Of a DNA stretch of 64,000 nucleotides, positions 12,280-25,934 are shown piece after piece. Within the stretch, counting starts at the first letter, position 1, and each line of letters begins with the position of its first letter. A program made the position numbers and the translations under genes. Below the pieces are notes generated by a model that worked only from the letters and a program-made list of their open reading frames with translations, searched no databases and was not told where the DNA came from. Source of the stretch: Camelus ferus (lineage: Eukaryota); assembly GCF_009834535.1 (NCBI RefSeq), contig NC_045697.1, forward strand, positions 52,392,001 to 52,456,000. The letters are read 5' to 3'.

Positions 12280-12720
12280 ATATAGTGCAACAAAGGACTG
12301 TGGAGTCAGACGACCGCAGGCTGGCACCGAGACTGTACCATTTACTCCACCGATGACTTCAAGGAAGTTACTTAACCTCTCTATGCACTATACCATTTGT
12401 GTGAACATTAGATTAGATAATGCATGTAAAGTGCTTAACACAGTCTTTGCTGGATATGTTTTTAGACATCATGTATCTGTTTCGATACGAGATGAGAGTC
12501 TCTTCCAAGGTCTCTCACAGGTGGCCCGGCACAGAGAGCATGGCTTGGAGTCTGGGATATCTGAGTTTAAATCTCAGCTCCACCAGTCATCAACCTCTCT
12601 AACTCCTAATTTTATCCTCTGTAAAATAATGGCTATTTCACAGGATAACTATTTAGATTAAGTAAGACAATATTATATAAAGAGCTACAAATAAAGCAGA
12701 GATACAATAAAATGCTGGTT
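12280..12720 (+). mobile_element. Two adjacent degenerate MIR fragments
   Basis: tggagtcagac..aagttacttaacctctct..gataatgcatgtaaagtgctta, then tggagtctg..tttaaatctcagctccacc..ctgtaaaat. Confidence 0.65.
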
Positions 12721-13927
12721 CCCTTTTCTCCCTGCTTCTCACCCCCTTCCTCCCAGTCTGCTGCTATTACTTCTCCGTCTTTCAAGAGAGGAAGGAGATG
12801 GAGACAGATAGTCAAAAGGGGCAACATGGGAAGAAAAGACGAAGATTAGTCTCCAGGGGATAAAGGGAGGGGGAAGCCTCTACAGATTCTCAGTGTTTCC
12901 CAGAGCCAACTCCAAACCAGCAGAAGCCTGAGAGGGTGACGTTCCGGCCACTGACTGAGTGCTGCTCCTCCTTATCCCCTGTTACTAGACAAGCGGAGTC
13001 AACCAGAGTAAAACAAGGTCGTTTGTCTTCCTTTACTGCAGTGAAGTCAAAATCCACATCTAAAACAACTTGCAAATAGTTTTCTGTTTACATGATGGGA
13101 TGAAGTTAAACCAAAGATGATCCTTGTTTTACAAAACAGCCAAGAAAATCAACCCAAGTCTCATAACAGAAAAATCAAGCACGAAACAAATCTGACCACA
13201 GGAACAAGACTCTTATAAAAAGAAAAACGCAAATGTTGGTAGCACCAGCATTTTGTCTTTGAGCTACTTGTGCCAGGAGCTGCCAGGGCCGTCACAGCTG
13301 TCATAGCTAATGCAAAGCAAGCACATTCAAGATGATAAAACATTACAAATTAAAATTTCATGCTGTCAACTTTGACTTTATTGCAATTTAGTATCTTCCG
13401 TATCTTCATACAACACTAAAGCATGACCTTTGTTGTTCTATGTCTTCTTTATTAAGGAATATATCATTTGGATTAATAATTAATCCAAATGCAAAACTGT
13501 GTAAGAAAACAAAAGTCTATTTCTTCTATTTAACAATTTTCAATCAAGTAAAACTTCAGAAAGAAAATATTTTGGTGACAATAAATGATAAAATAGTCAC
13601 CAATATTCCTGCTGAATTTCAAACCTCTATTTAAAAAATTAAAATGTTTTCTAATCATTAAAAAGAAATTTCAGCCCACGTTGGCGATAATCTACACAAA
13701 CTGCACAGAATGTTGAATAATAAAATTCAGTGTCTCTAGATGAGTCTTTGACTCTGAAATTTAGCCAAGAAAAATGATGCAGCCTAATGCCATTTAAACA
13801 CATCCACTGGAAATAAGCAGACAAATCTGAATTACCTGCAGGAGTTTTGATGTCAGGTCCCCAACATTAACCAAGCCATATGATCAAAACTAAGTGGAGA
13901 AATGATGCAAATATCTAAATCAAATTT

Positions 13928-14085
13928 GGGTCACATGAGAATTATCTGGGAGGGTTTATTTTTTTTAAGGGAAAAAAATACTGATTTTTTTACCTCCACT
14001 CGGAACAATTAAATCAGGATCTCTGAAGATCAGGACTGGGGAATTCATAGTTTTTCAAAGTTCCCCAGGTGATTCTCAGATGGTC
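13928..14085. mobile_element. MER5-like hAT-Charlie fragment
   Basis: 'attaaatcaggatctctg..tttttcaaagttccccaggtgattct' is typical of MER5A/B. Confidence 0.55.
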
Positions 14086-14539
14086 CAAATATGCGATGTA
14101 GCCATTCAGGCAACCTCCCTTCCTCTTTCAAAATAAGGACCACCTGCTAGCATTGTCAATGATCAATCGGTGGTTACACAAACCATTCATCTACACTGGG
14201 GAAGAAGACCTGGATATACAACCCTCATTTTTTATTTCACCTGTGTAGCTACAGACTATAAATCAGTGATTTCTGTCCTGACAGATCACAGCTGCCAAAT
14301 CCTTACTGCCATCTAGTCTGCCTAAAAGTGCTTGGTCGTCATCCACAGGATTGCTGTTTACACTGCCCAGCAGGAACAGAAAAAAGAGGGAAGACTTAAA
14401 AGACAAATTATCTCTCTGCTTGAAGCAAAGTACGAGCCAAGGTCTTTACCAAAGAACTTCAGTTCCAAGTCCAATGGAATGGATGAGCAAGAAAGGGAGG
14501 CTTTAAAATACTGTTTTGTTTGAAGAGCTGTGAATGCGT

Positions 14540-15800
14540 ACCTAGACCAGCTGAAGTTCCCAAACATCAAATACCAGTATAACCTTACACACAAATCAAT
14601 TCCAGATGGTCGAAAAATGTAAATGAAAACATAAAAGAACAAAGATATGTGGGTAAATATTTTTCTAATCTTGGGGTGGGAAAGCCTCTCTAAATATATA
14701 ACAAATATAAGAAACTATAAAAGATTGGGGATTTTGACTACATAAAAATTGAAATCTTTATAGCAAAAGAAATCACAAATAAGGTTAAAAGACATAAGGC
14801 AGACCTAGGAAAAAATATATTTGTGATATTTCGGATAAGCAAAGGGAAAATATCCTTAGTATACAAACAGTTTACAAGTCAATGAGACAAGAAAATGAAT
14901 GCCCAAAAGGAAAATATTCCAAGAGCACAGATGTAAAGAGGCAGAGGTAAGCAATAAAAACGGAAGGATATTAACCCTCACTAAAAATCAAAGACATTGA
15001 AATTGAGTAAGAATGAGCCAAGGGGGGAGTGATGGGTACAGCTCAGTGGTAGAGCACATGCCTAGCATGCATGAGATCCTGGGTTCAATCCCCAGTGCCT
15101 CCACTAAATAAATAAACCTAATTACCTCCCCCCACCAAAGTAAACAAATAAAACTAGATTGCTTTTTTTTAAAGTCATTAAAAAAAAAAAAGAAGAAGCC
15201 ATCATTTTTTCAACCCAAAGAATGACAAAAATGAGAATCTGAAACAAATTCTGTTTTTGCAAGAGTGTGGGCAAGCCAGCACTCTGGTCCATTACTGGCA
15301 GAAGTATAAACTGGTATAACCTTTGTGGAGTGTAATCTGAAATAAATATCAAAAATAAAATATATCCTGCAATCACATTCTACTAGGAATCTACTCTGAG
15401 GTGATTACAAAGAATGAAAATGCAGTTAAGCACCAGGTTTGTTTATAAATGAAAAATACTGGAAAAAACTGAAAGTCTACTAATAGAGAATTTATTTAGT
15501 AAATTAGAGCACATGCATCATGTGTATAAATAGAGGCAGCCATTAAAAATGATGTTCAAGATCCAAACTGAAGAAGAAAGACTTTCATGAAATGCTAGTC
15601 ATGTTATGAAACAGAAGGCATATGATCTCATCTACATAAAATCCTATGTGCCGATCTGTTTACACGTGCATTGCAAGATGTATGGAAAGATATTCATGAA
15701 AATGTTAATAATGGCTATTTCTAGGTGATCGCTTCAACGGCAAAATTACCTTCTATGTAGTGTTTCTGTATTGTTCGAATTTTCTACAATGCATAATTAT
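14540..15800 (+). mobile_element. Old L1 (L1M-type) ORF2-end/3'UTR fragment, interrupted by a SINE
   Basis: A-rich with L1 motifs: aaatcaattccagatgg, tttgactacataaaaatt, gtataaactggtataacctttgtgg, tactaggaatctac. Confidence 0.7.
15021..15189 (+). mobile_element. tRNA-derived SINE (camelid Vic-1 type)
   Basis: Box A cagctcagtggtagag, box B gggttcaatccc, A-rich tail. Degenerate TSD aagaatgagcca / aagaagaagcca. Confidence 0.85.
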
Positions 15801-17478
15801 ATCTTATTAAAAATAAAGCCATTTTAAAGTAATTTCAAGCCAAACACAAAATAATTTTAGAATTTAGCAGTGTTTGGGATCCCCAACACTGCCCAAATGG
15901 TATCATTTTCTGATCACCAAGAAAATAAGGTTGACAAAGGTCTTTCAAACAAAAAAAACAACCAAAGAAGGTTCTTTCTAGTAAGTGAAATTTGGTTTTA
16001 AAAAAAATCACTTAACTTCAATTGAACAAAACTTGTACAGAAAATGAAGCAAATTATTTAAATCTCCTTCCAGGGAAAAAGAATGACCAGTATACCTTGG
16101 AGGCAAGTAAGCAATGCAGTCCTCTAGTTTGTCACTAAAAAGACATTTATTTTTGCTTACCAAAACAACCTAATTGGATCATTCCAACAGGCTACCTAAC
16201 TTTTTGAAACTGGAATAGGTTTCTGGTGCAGATTAACATGCTACCTTTTATTTTCACTTCAAGGAAGAAATGCACTTTGGCACCATTATATTATATTCAG
16301 GTAAGGTGAAATTAGTACACAGTCCTCATGTAGTAAAGCCATTATCAGTTGCTTTAATTCTGCTGTTATAAATTGCACGTGATAAGCTTCATAAAGATTT
16401 GTCTATATTATTGAGGAATATCATATGTGAATAAGAAATGATCCATTTCCAACTCAAGGAGATTGATTCAATAGTCTCAGCCCAGCAGGATGTTAAAATA
16501 AAGCCTCAAATTCGGAGATGCCAGCTATAAATGTTGCTTATTATGAAATCAGTTCCCTTAAAATGTGCTGTTAGGCTCCATAAATATCTGGAAATTCAGA
16601 GAATTCTGAAAACCTTACTGTATTCTTTTGCTAAAAGGCTTGTGAAAATAGAATTATATTTACTCCTGAAAAAAAAATTTAAATGACTTTCTTCACTCGA
16701 TCTTCTCTCTACACTGTGCTCATTCACAATCAACAATGTTGATTTAAATTAAGGCACTTTTCTGTGTTCCATAAAGCTAAGAACTTTTAAATAACACAAA
16801 GACTGGCCACAAAGTATGAAAAAAGTATTCCTTATATCAGTGTCCTACCCATAGGCTAAGCTATCCATAAGTATTTGTTAAATTGACATTTAACAATTTA
16901 ATTAAAAGCATCTAAATGAATAGAACAGTATGCCTACTTGGCAACCAAGAATATAAATACAATGCAAAGTTCACATGCATGGTCTCAGAGAGATTAGTTG
17001 TGGAAAGGACATGTTTTTAGGATGCTGAAGCTAAAAGCCCTTGTTGACAGCATGGTAAGGTGAAACAGGGCAGTATTAAGTGGGACTTACTGAAAAGGAC
17101 AAGAGGATTGCACAATTCCTGGACCTCAGAAAGCCTATGCTCTTGTCCTCTGTTGAACAGGAACCAGTCACAGGCCAGGGCTAGATCCTAGACGAACATA
17201 AGGTCAACTCTTGGCAAAGCAATTTAGTTACACCCAGAAGCCCAAGCACAACTTTAACTGCCCGCACTTAACAAGGAATCCATGAAACCCCTCTGAAAGC
17301 CTCAGAGTCCTCTCAGAGAAGCACGATGTACGTGACAAGTTGGGGGACTCGTACAGTTGTCTATGTTCCCATTAAAATTGGATTATATTTGGAGCCATTG
17401 TAGCCTCAACTGTTTTATGTTGAACACAGTTTCATGGGAAATGATCCACATGGCTCCCAAGATCTGCTTCTAAAGAGG

Positions 17479-17612
17479 TATATGTGTGTGTATATGTATG
17501 TATATAAGTATGACATATATACGTATATACAATGTGTGTGTATATACACACAGAATGTATGATACGTACATATATATGATTACTAAATATATATAACTCA
17601 GTATATATATAT
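17479..17612. repeat. Degenerate (TA/TG/CA)n low-complexity repeat
   Basis: tatgtgtgtgtatatgtatgtatata... seen directly. Confidence 0.8.
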
Positions 17613-19849
17613 GTTTCTGCTCTGAAACAAATGCTTAAATGTAAATCCCTGTCTCTGAGCAGGCAAGACCTCCTGAACAGAAGCTGGCAGAAGAGTTTGC
17701 TTGAACGACACCAGTGCAGTGACTCATCTGTGTTTTCACAACATGCTTCTCCCCAGCACCCATGTCTATTTGTAGCCTCACAATAAAGGCCCTATGTGAA
17801 CCATCTCTGAGCTGCCTGCCTTAAAAAGCAAGGATGCTGTTCTCAGTTGACTCATTTGAGCTGCCTGGGCTTTTGAGAATAACCCACTGCCACATTTACG
17901 AAGGCACGTGATATAACTGAAGATTATTCCAGGCTGTGCCAATGCTTTTCTGCTTAGCCTTGATCTAGTGTTTAGAAAGTCAAAGGAAGCCAGAGGACTT
18001 CAACTCCACACCCCCACAAATAAGCCCACCACACCCACTCCTGTTATCTCTTAGGGGCATAAAAAAGGATTGCTGTATCAACACTCTAGACTGTAAATAC
18101 AACAAAACAGGGATTCTTAACCTACTTTGGTCACATTATCTGTATCCCCAGCACTTAAAATAGTGTCTGGCACACAGGAGACACTCAATAAAAATTTGCA
18201 AAGGAATGAATCAACGTCTGCCTTAGAAATGAAATAACTGTGAAATAACCTGGGCCTTCGCACCAAAACCACAAAATACTCTGCTTTCCTGATGCCAAAT
18301 CAAGACGACATCTACTGCCAGAACATCAAAACCCCTGAACGTCAAAATGCATACCCTTTCAGTCTTGAGACGCCCTGCAACATATTAAATCACCTTACTC
18401 CCTGGTCTTCAAAATAGATATACCAACCTAAGTCACCTACCATCGCAAGAAAACCTAACACGATGACTACAGGTAAAATGTTTCCATATTTAAGTACTAG
18501 AATATGTAAAATTATTGTGTACCTATCAAGCTGGGCATGCATGTGCATGCACTAGTCAATTTATATTTCTACAAATTATTTTACATCCACAAATCCAGTG
18601 CTCAGATATAACCCTTATGTTGATATTATCCCACCCAAAAGAACTTTATAAGACTGTTCAGTTCAACAAGTATCTGTGAACAATCACTAGTTTTTTATCC
18701 TTGTTTTTTCAGTGTTTCTGCCACCCACTGGAAGTACCCACACTGCAGTATTTCACCAATACATTTCTTAAAGGAAAAAGTCTTCAGAAATGAGAGGAAA
18801 ATACGTCCATCAATATTTTTATTCAGAGAAATTTTTAAAATAACAAATTCACAGTTTCAGTGAAAACTATCAATGGAGGTTACAAAATCTATTAATAAAA
18901 TGATCAAATGGTGGCTGGCAAATTATCCTGATAGTTTTGAATTAGATACTTTGAATTCAGTCGACTTCCAGGAGTAACACCCAATAAATGGTCATTTTAA
19001 TGGACATCCTGATGCAATGAAAGCATGTCTATTTCTCCTAAAATCTTCAGAACCCAGGAAACAGCTCGCTCCACCAGCAGGGCATTTCCAACGACACTGA
19101 TAATGGAGGAAACACCATGGTAACTACATTTGTCACACAACACAGCCCTTTACTATACAGGACTTGCTCGTAGGAAAATTATCTCACCTAGGAGGGAGCA
19201 ACAACAGACTTGAACAGACTTCTTCCTCGTCTCAGATGCAGTGATTTACCGCTAAGTCTTATGAATTTGAAAAGGAGTTGGATTCAGTTTTAAAATAAAC
19301 GAACACATAAGGAGTGGCATAATGTCTCCACCTCAATGAGAAGAACATCTTTGGAAAAAAATGTGTTGAAAAATTATCTTCACAAGAAAGTCGCTATATA
19401 TTCTGAAAGACAGAAGGAAGCTGTGTTCTTGCCACCCTCTCACAAGCCAGCTTTCTTTGATTTTCTTAACACGTGGCAGCAGGTATTACCTTCCTTGCGC
19501 TGGCCTCAGGGAGCCTCCCCAGTGCTTTCTTTCCCACTTGTTCTCTCGCATCATGTGCTTTAGTTACCATTTCACTCTCATTTAGACGTAGAATAGCTGC
19601 CCAATTTGGATGTGGATCAGATTCTATAAGAATACCATGACTGACATCACTGTTATCATTTAATTTATTCACTCCTTCTTATGAATGAGGAAAAAACGCA
19701 CCCTCTTCGCATACTTCACTCAGTCCTGCTGTGCTTGGTGTCTATTCCCCAGGCCTGAGGACACACGGAGATGTGCTTTCTGGCCAGTACAATGTAATTT
19801 TTTAAATGCTCATCAGTTGCCAATATTTAAAAATCACCAGAATTTCATG

Positions 19850-20242
19850 GAAGAATCAGAAAATGCAGTAATGCCAAGTGCATCTTCACATGGGAAAAAA
19901 GCAAAGCCGAGTGGCGACTCTTCCCCCCTACAACGGTGCAGGAGCTCTTCAGAGTCATCACAGTCCTCAGCTGTGACAAAGCCCAAGCCAGCCCTGTGGA
20001 AAAGTCACGTGGGGAGTCCTCAGTCCCCAGCTGTTCCAGACATCCCAGCCTAGGCACCAGACATGTGAGTGCAGACCCCTTCAGGCAACTCCAACCCCAG
20101 CTGCCATCTCACAACAAGTCTGAGAGAACCAAAGAAAACCACCCGGCTGAGTCCATCAACCACCAAAACCAGGAGAGAGAATAATACAAATGGTTGTTTG
20201 AAGCTTCTGGTTTTGGGGTAACATGCTACACAGCCAGAGACA
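19850..20242 (+). mobile_element. MLT1-type (ERVL-MaLR) LTR
   Basis: 'ccagctgttccag..ccaggcaccagacatgtgagt'-like core and 3' 'ggttgtttgaagc..ttttggggtaacatgctacacagc'. Confidence 0.7.
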
Positions 20243-20648
20243 GAGGCTGAAAGAGAAAAGTGCTCTTAACAAATGAAACGCAATTGTTTAAAGTGATTTC
20301 TCCCTTTTTGCTTGGATCAACCTAGATGTCATAGAGTGTCTCCATCTTATTTTTGTGTTTAAGCAGAAACCTAAAACATGAATGTGCCCAGGGGAGAAAA
20401 CAGAAGTAGAGGAAAAGCAATCTTTTGGAATCAGCTGTATTTTTTTTTTAAATAAGCTGGTTGGCAGCACTTATGAATGTCACGTAGGTTAAACAGTAAT
20501 AAGAAGTAACAGAGGGACAGAGTTTGAAAAGGGCTTGAATCCGGTTCTTTTCGTAAGATCAGCCTCATTCACTACTGTATACTCAGAACCTAGCACAATG
20601 CCTATTTTCCCTTAATGACTGGATCAACTGAGGGAATTTAAAATATCT

Positions 20649-20743
20649 TTCTTTTTTCTTTTATAATGGAGGTGCCAGAGATTGAACCCAGGAACTCTCG
20701 CATGCCAAGCCTGTGCTCTACCACTGAGCTGTACCCACCCTCC
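20649..20743 (-). mobile_element. tRNA-derived SINE (Vic-1 type), sense to SLC4A4
   Basis: Reverse complement GGAGGGTGGGTACAGCTCAGTGGTAGAG..GGGTTCAATC..CACCTCCATT plus A tail. TSD taaaatatct / taaaatagct. Confidence 0.85.
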
Positions 20744-21385
20744 TAAAATAGCTGAAGTTTCAGTGATAGAAAAGATTATTATTGAGACAAAACGAAGGGT
20801 GAATACTACCTGCGAAGTAACCAACAAATATAGGTTGGTACAAAATAAGTCAAGCCAGAGTCTTCACAGACTAATGAGAGGCAGATTCAGGTACAGCAAA
20901 AACGACTCTTCCCTTTTATTCCTTAAAGCTGAGTTCTACCAATAGAGACGTAAAGCTAGCCCAGAGCAAATCACTCAGTCGTTTGCTCACCTGTGAAATG
21001 AAGCTCACCAGGCATTCCTGGAAGAGTGTGGTCAAGTTTAACAGTATACGGTCCGTACTTTCAAGGTAACAGAAGACCTAAACCTTGCACTCGGCACAAA
21101 ATTAAAGCAGCTGATGTGCTTTTGCCCAAATAGAATTGTATATCCTCATTTCCTTCCCTTCTTTTCCCCACTTGTGACTCAAGCCAGATTTCATCGAGCT
21201 ATTTTTGCAGTTACTGAAACGCTGGAAATACAGCAGCAGGCCAGAAGCAAAGTAAAATGCAGCATCCAGCAAAAGAAAGAAAATCACGCTGAGTAACCGA
21301 AAGGCCATCTGCTGCTCGCGGAGCTGCAGGGCTGAGGACGGCGGTCTGGGCTGTACTATTTGTATCTTCCCCAAACCGAACCCAC

Positions 21386-21560
21386 CTGCATGTTGTCAGT
21401 GGCATCCCCAAGCAGTCCTCCAAAAGTGATGGCATTAGTTACAGTCGCCAGATAAATGAAGAGAATTGCTGAAAGAGCCTGAATATTTAAAGCATCATAA
21501 AAATCACTGGCAAAAAATGGTGCTTTCCTCTTAATGTCCTTAATTAGTCCACCACAGAAC
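21386..21560 (-). CDS. SLC4A4: SLC4A4 coding exon (175 nt, probably exon 12; includes TM1): [58 protein letters not shown]
   Basis: Inside ORF 21356..21583. [12 protein letters not shown]4 motif. Acceptor tctccctacccAG, donor CAG|GTgggt. Confidence 0.97.
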
Positions 21561-21909
21561 CTGGGTAGGGAGAAAGCAAACACGTGACAACGTGAACTAA
21601 GTGACCGTTAAATTAACCAACAGGTCATTTAATAAACCACGAAGAATTTGTATTTAAAGCATTTGAAACAACAAAATACTATTTAACCACTTAAGATAAA
21701 AACCAGAAAATTATAGAAGGAATAAATCTTCTGTCTCTTTTTCAGTCACCAACCTGGGTGTCACATTCCCTAGAAGCTAGACAGTTGGTCTTTAGGTGAG
21801 AGTGAATTGTGTAGATGAATTAAATTTCTTGTCTGAAGAAAAACATCCCAACATGTGAGGCCACACGAGGCCCTTTATAATCTTGCCATAGCTTCCCTTC
21901 CAGCCTCAT

Positions 21910-22080
21910 TCATCATTCACTTGTTCACTTCACACACATTTGCTGAGCACCTGTGATACGCCCAGCCCTGTGCTGGGTGCTGGAAACACAGCAGTGAACA
22001 ACACAGGGGGAAAAATCCCACCCTCATGGAGGTACTTTCTGTGTGGGGGATACAAAGTAAGTAAAATGCATGGTGCTAAA
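21910..22080 (-). mobile_element. L2 3' end fragment
   Basis: ttcatcattcac..atttgctgagcacctg..tgtgctgggtgctggaaacacagcagtgaac. Confidence 0.65.
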
Positions 22081-23139
22081 AATCAAAGAAAAAACTAAGT
22101 GGGGAGGCGGGTTTTGAACTGCTAGGGTTGCTGTGGTTGAAACATGAGAGTGGCCAGAACAGGCCTCCCAAGCAGGCGACTTTGAGGGGAGGACTGGCAG
22201 GAACTGAGGGTGCCACACAGGTGTGTGGGGCGGGGGCGGGGTGGTGGGAAGCACTGAAAGCTGAGCCCCATCACAGTCGTTAGCAGGTCATCCGACTTGT
22301 GCATCTGTCAATTCACCCTCCCAACCAAACCTCCCATCTCAGCCTGCTCCCTGCGGTGCGTTCTGCCTACGATGCCCTTCCTCAGAGCTCAACATCCCTG
22401 AAGTTCTGACCCTCCACTAGTAGGCCACTTGCACTAGGGGCTACCACACTTTCTCAGGATTGTCTGCCTGCCTGTCTTAGCTGTGCTCAGTGCCCTGCTT
22501 CAGTCTTCCTGGTCCTCACAGGGCCCTGCATGGTACCGGGCATACCGCAGACACAGTGCATTTAGGAAAGGTGCAAAAGCAAGAATAAAATTACAGTCTG
22601 GTTAAAGAAAAAAGTTAAATCCTAGAAATTTTATCTACAGAAAAGGAAAAGGATATCCCTAATGGAAATAGTTTATAAAGAACTATTCAGAAAAAAAAAA
22701 TGGGAGAGATGGTTCTATGTTCTTTAGTCTTTAAAAAGGAAGGAGAGAGAAATAACATCCTCTTAATTTGGGAGCGAAACCCAGGTGGGTCATCAGGTTA
22801 AGAAAATTTCATTCAGATTCAACTGCATATTAAAATGACATACTTCTGTGTTTTCAAAAAACCCTGCAGTGTTTTTAAAAAGTCATATCTTCACAAAATG
22901 AATTCCCTACTTAAATTTTTAGTTAGCCCAAGATGAAATGGGGAACCTAACAGTGGAGAAGGAATCATTCTAACGAAAAGAAATTTAGCCAAAATGATCT
23001 GAGGAACCTGAATTCCCAACTGCAGGACCAGGAGACAGTGGCCTGGGAGTTGCTTGTTTCTGCACTGTTACCCACTTGAGTAAATGGACCAGGAAGAGAT
23101 GGAATCATGAAAGCCAAGCGGGGAACACTGGTACAGTAC

Positions 23140-23560
23140 TCAGGCTTCCCATCACACACACCGTCTCTCTTTCTAATATCCCTCACTCACACCAGTCCAG
23201 CCTCAGTGCAGACCCAGCACACACCAAGCACTCTGCTGTTCCCTCTCCCTCCCCACATCTACAGGGTCTGTCTCCAGTCTTCTTCAACACTTTCCTCCAA
23301 TGCTGGAATTCTCTTTAAGACTTTCTCTGACCCTGCTATGTAAAATGGTAATCCCTTTCTTCCATGGCAAAACTTCCTACTTCTGCTTTATTTTGCTCCA
23401 TAAAACCAGAACCACATTTCATTATTTGCTTATTGTTAGTCTCCCACCACAACAAACTAAAACCCAAACGAACAGGGATTTTTTTTCTTTCAATTCACTG
23501 CTGCCTCCCAAGGGCCTGTGATTTATTCAGTACACCATAAATATCTTTCGGCTGACCAAA
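23140..23560 (+). mobile_element. L2 3' fragment
   Basis: L2-like pyrimidine-rich body ending ttcactgctg..cagtacaccataaatat. Confidence 0.55.
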
Positions 23561-23657
23561 TGTCCAAACTGGTGAATAAAATGCTGATACAAAGATGAAG
23601 GGAAATTCAGATGGGAACAGAACCTCATCATGGAAGGCAGAAGGCTCCATCAGTTAC

Positions 23658-23771
23658 CTTCCGGTTCGCTGCAATTCCTCACAATCCGCGTGTCCTCCTC
23701 CTCCGTGGCCGCCATCATGGGGCGTGTCCCCGTTCATCTGAACATTCTCTCCACCTGAGTACAGATTCTTT
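23658..23771 (-). CDS. SLC4A4: SLC4A4 coding exon (114 nt, probably exon 11): [38 protein letters not shown]
   Basis: Manual translation gives the NBCe1-specific Gly/His linker. Acceptor tcttgctcAG, donor AG|GTaact. Not in the ORF track. Confidence 0.97.
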
Positions 23772-24401
23772 CTGAGCAAGACAACAGAGCCCAAGCGAAT
23801 ATTAGTGGATTTCATTCACCTGCTGCTTGGCTGTGTCATGCACTAGCTAACAAAGAGAAGGATTGAAAACCCTTTGGATAAAGATGGCTATTTCCTTCTG
23901 CCATCCTAACAGACAGCTTTTAAAGTATTCTATTTAGAGTGAAGACAAATGACCAGATGAATAGAAAAGCTGAATTTTATGTGGTATAGAAGGGAAACTG
24001 TTCCACCTGGGAAATCACAGATTCCCAGAAAATGGCTTCTCCTCAATGATCTCACCCAACTGCTTGACCTCTTAAATCTAGAGACTCATCTTGAGTAAAC
24101 TGATGCTTCCACAGGTGCCGGGAGTCCCCAGAACATCCCGAGAGAACCTCTGTGATGTCCTGCAATATCATCATCTGAGCTTTCTAATTTGTAATCACTG
24201 AGGAACATCACAACATATAACATTCATTTCACGGTGCCTACAGAATGTCAGACCAAGGCACATGTGTGATTCCCTGGGGATAATACACCTTAAGTTAAAT
24301 GGAAACTTGAAATTATTAGGGCAGCAGCCTGAACCTCTTTCCTTTTCCAAACACAATCTCCTTCTTAAGGATGAAACCTCCCGACAGCCTGATAATTTTA
24401 C

Positions 24402-24556
24402 CTTTTGTCAGACGATGGAAGGCTCTTTGGAGGCTCTATCCTGATCGCTGGATCCCATTCCCCAGGCGGAAGGACAATGACTTCATCCAGGAACTCGTCA
24501 ATGCCAGCGATCAGGTCCTGCCTGTCTTTTGCTTTATAAGCAATGTCATGGAACAC
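24402..24556 (-). CDS. SLC4A4: SLC4A4 coding exon (155 nt, probably exon 10): [52 protein letters not shown]
   Basis: Inside ORF 24398..24601. Contains the SLC4 VLPPGEWDP motif. Acceptor gtttttcAG, donor AG|GTaaaa. Confidence 0.97.
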
Positions 24557-25504
24557 CTGAAAAACAATGAGAGAGGCGCTGATCCTGCAAGGGAACACCA
24601 CATATGCCTCACGTCATGCTGAGCCTGAAGAAGGCAACCCATAATCCACTTTAGTGTGACTATAACCATAGTCTCACATTTCCTATTGCTCAGCTTGTTC
24701 CCAAATATTTCAGTATTCATATTATGAACCCAAAGAATATAGGTAGAGGCATGAGAAAACAGCTGTGTTTCTTTTCTACAATTTCTTTCTATCAATGACC
24801 GTAAAACAACATTGCCTTTCACCTCCCACTGGTATGTTATAGTTGCTATGGAAGCCAGATGAAAATGTTTTAGAGAAATATATACTGAAGATCATTCCCT
24901 GAAATAGAAGCTACTGCGACAAACTACTGCTTATAATTCAAGAAGGAAAAGTTCAAGCTGAGTGTTAAGACTAGGTTAAGACTCAAACACTGTAGCTCTC
25001 AAACACACAAATAATGTTAGCTATTAAAAAAAAAAAGAAAAATCTGAGTCCTGAGTTATACTGGCAACACATAAAGCAAAGGGCTTGAAGCAGGTGATCA
25101 TCTGTCTATCTTTAGGCAGGACAGTAACTAAGCCATCTTTTAACAAGGCAATACTCAGACCAGAACTAAAGCATCCAGCAAATCCTCCATGTCTTTTATG
25201 CAAAAACTCAAAGAAGGGGCTTCCAGAGGTACATAATCCTCTTTGTCAATCGCTCCATTCTTCTAACCTAGCTGATGATCTGAAAGTCCTTTACACACAG
25301 CCTAAGCTTCTCATACCTCGTAACTCAAATTCTTTTGTCTCCAGGAGAGAAGATGGCCCCTGTTCAATATCCTTGCCTGTTCTTAAAGATTGCTACTAGA
25401 TCTCTTCTCCTAGACAGGAATTTTTAAAAGCGATTCAACAAACAACATGTAATGGTCTGGGGGTTGTGGGGTTGAGGGGAGGGCAATACAAAGTGCCGGC
25501 ATAT

Positions 25505-25934
25505 CACCTGTAGTGGGCGTGACCGGCCACAGCCTCATTTTTTCTTGGACCTCCCACTATAGAGGCTGGAAAGTCAAAGTCACTTTCCCAGCCTCCCCCG
25601 CAGATAAGGATGGACAGTCCTGATCCATGAGATAAAAGGAAAAGGGAAAGCTTTAGAACACCTGTTAAAAGAGACAGACATAGCTAACATTACCTGCCTC
25701 CTTCCTGGCTTGAGTATGACGAGATCACTGCAGGTGACAGCAGTAACCATCTTAAGACCGCAAAGCAAGAGCCTTGGTACTTGATTTATCATTAAGCAGT
25801 TAAGCTAAGCCAACTCCAGCAACTACCTACCTCCAAATTTCCTAGTATGTGAACAAAATAAACCCTAAATTGTTTAAGCCATTGTAAATCGGATTTTCTG
25901 TCATTTGCAGCCTAAAGAATTTCTAACTGATACA
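25505..25934 (+). mobile_element. MLT1-type LTR (old MaLR)
   Basis: 3' end 'aataaacc..ttgtttaagccattgt..ttttctgtcatttgcagcc..ctaactgataca' is typical of MLT1. Confidence 0.7.

Noticed and set aside
13161..13343. Hydrophobic minus-strand ORF as a possible missing SLC4A4 exon
   Set aside because: No SLC4 similarity; the true next exon is at 8727-8860 and joins in frame.
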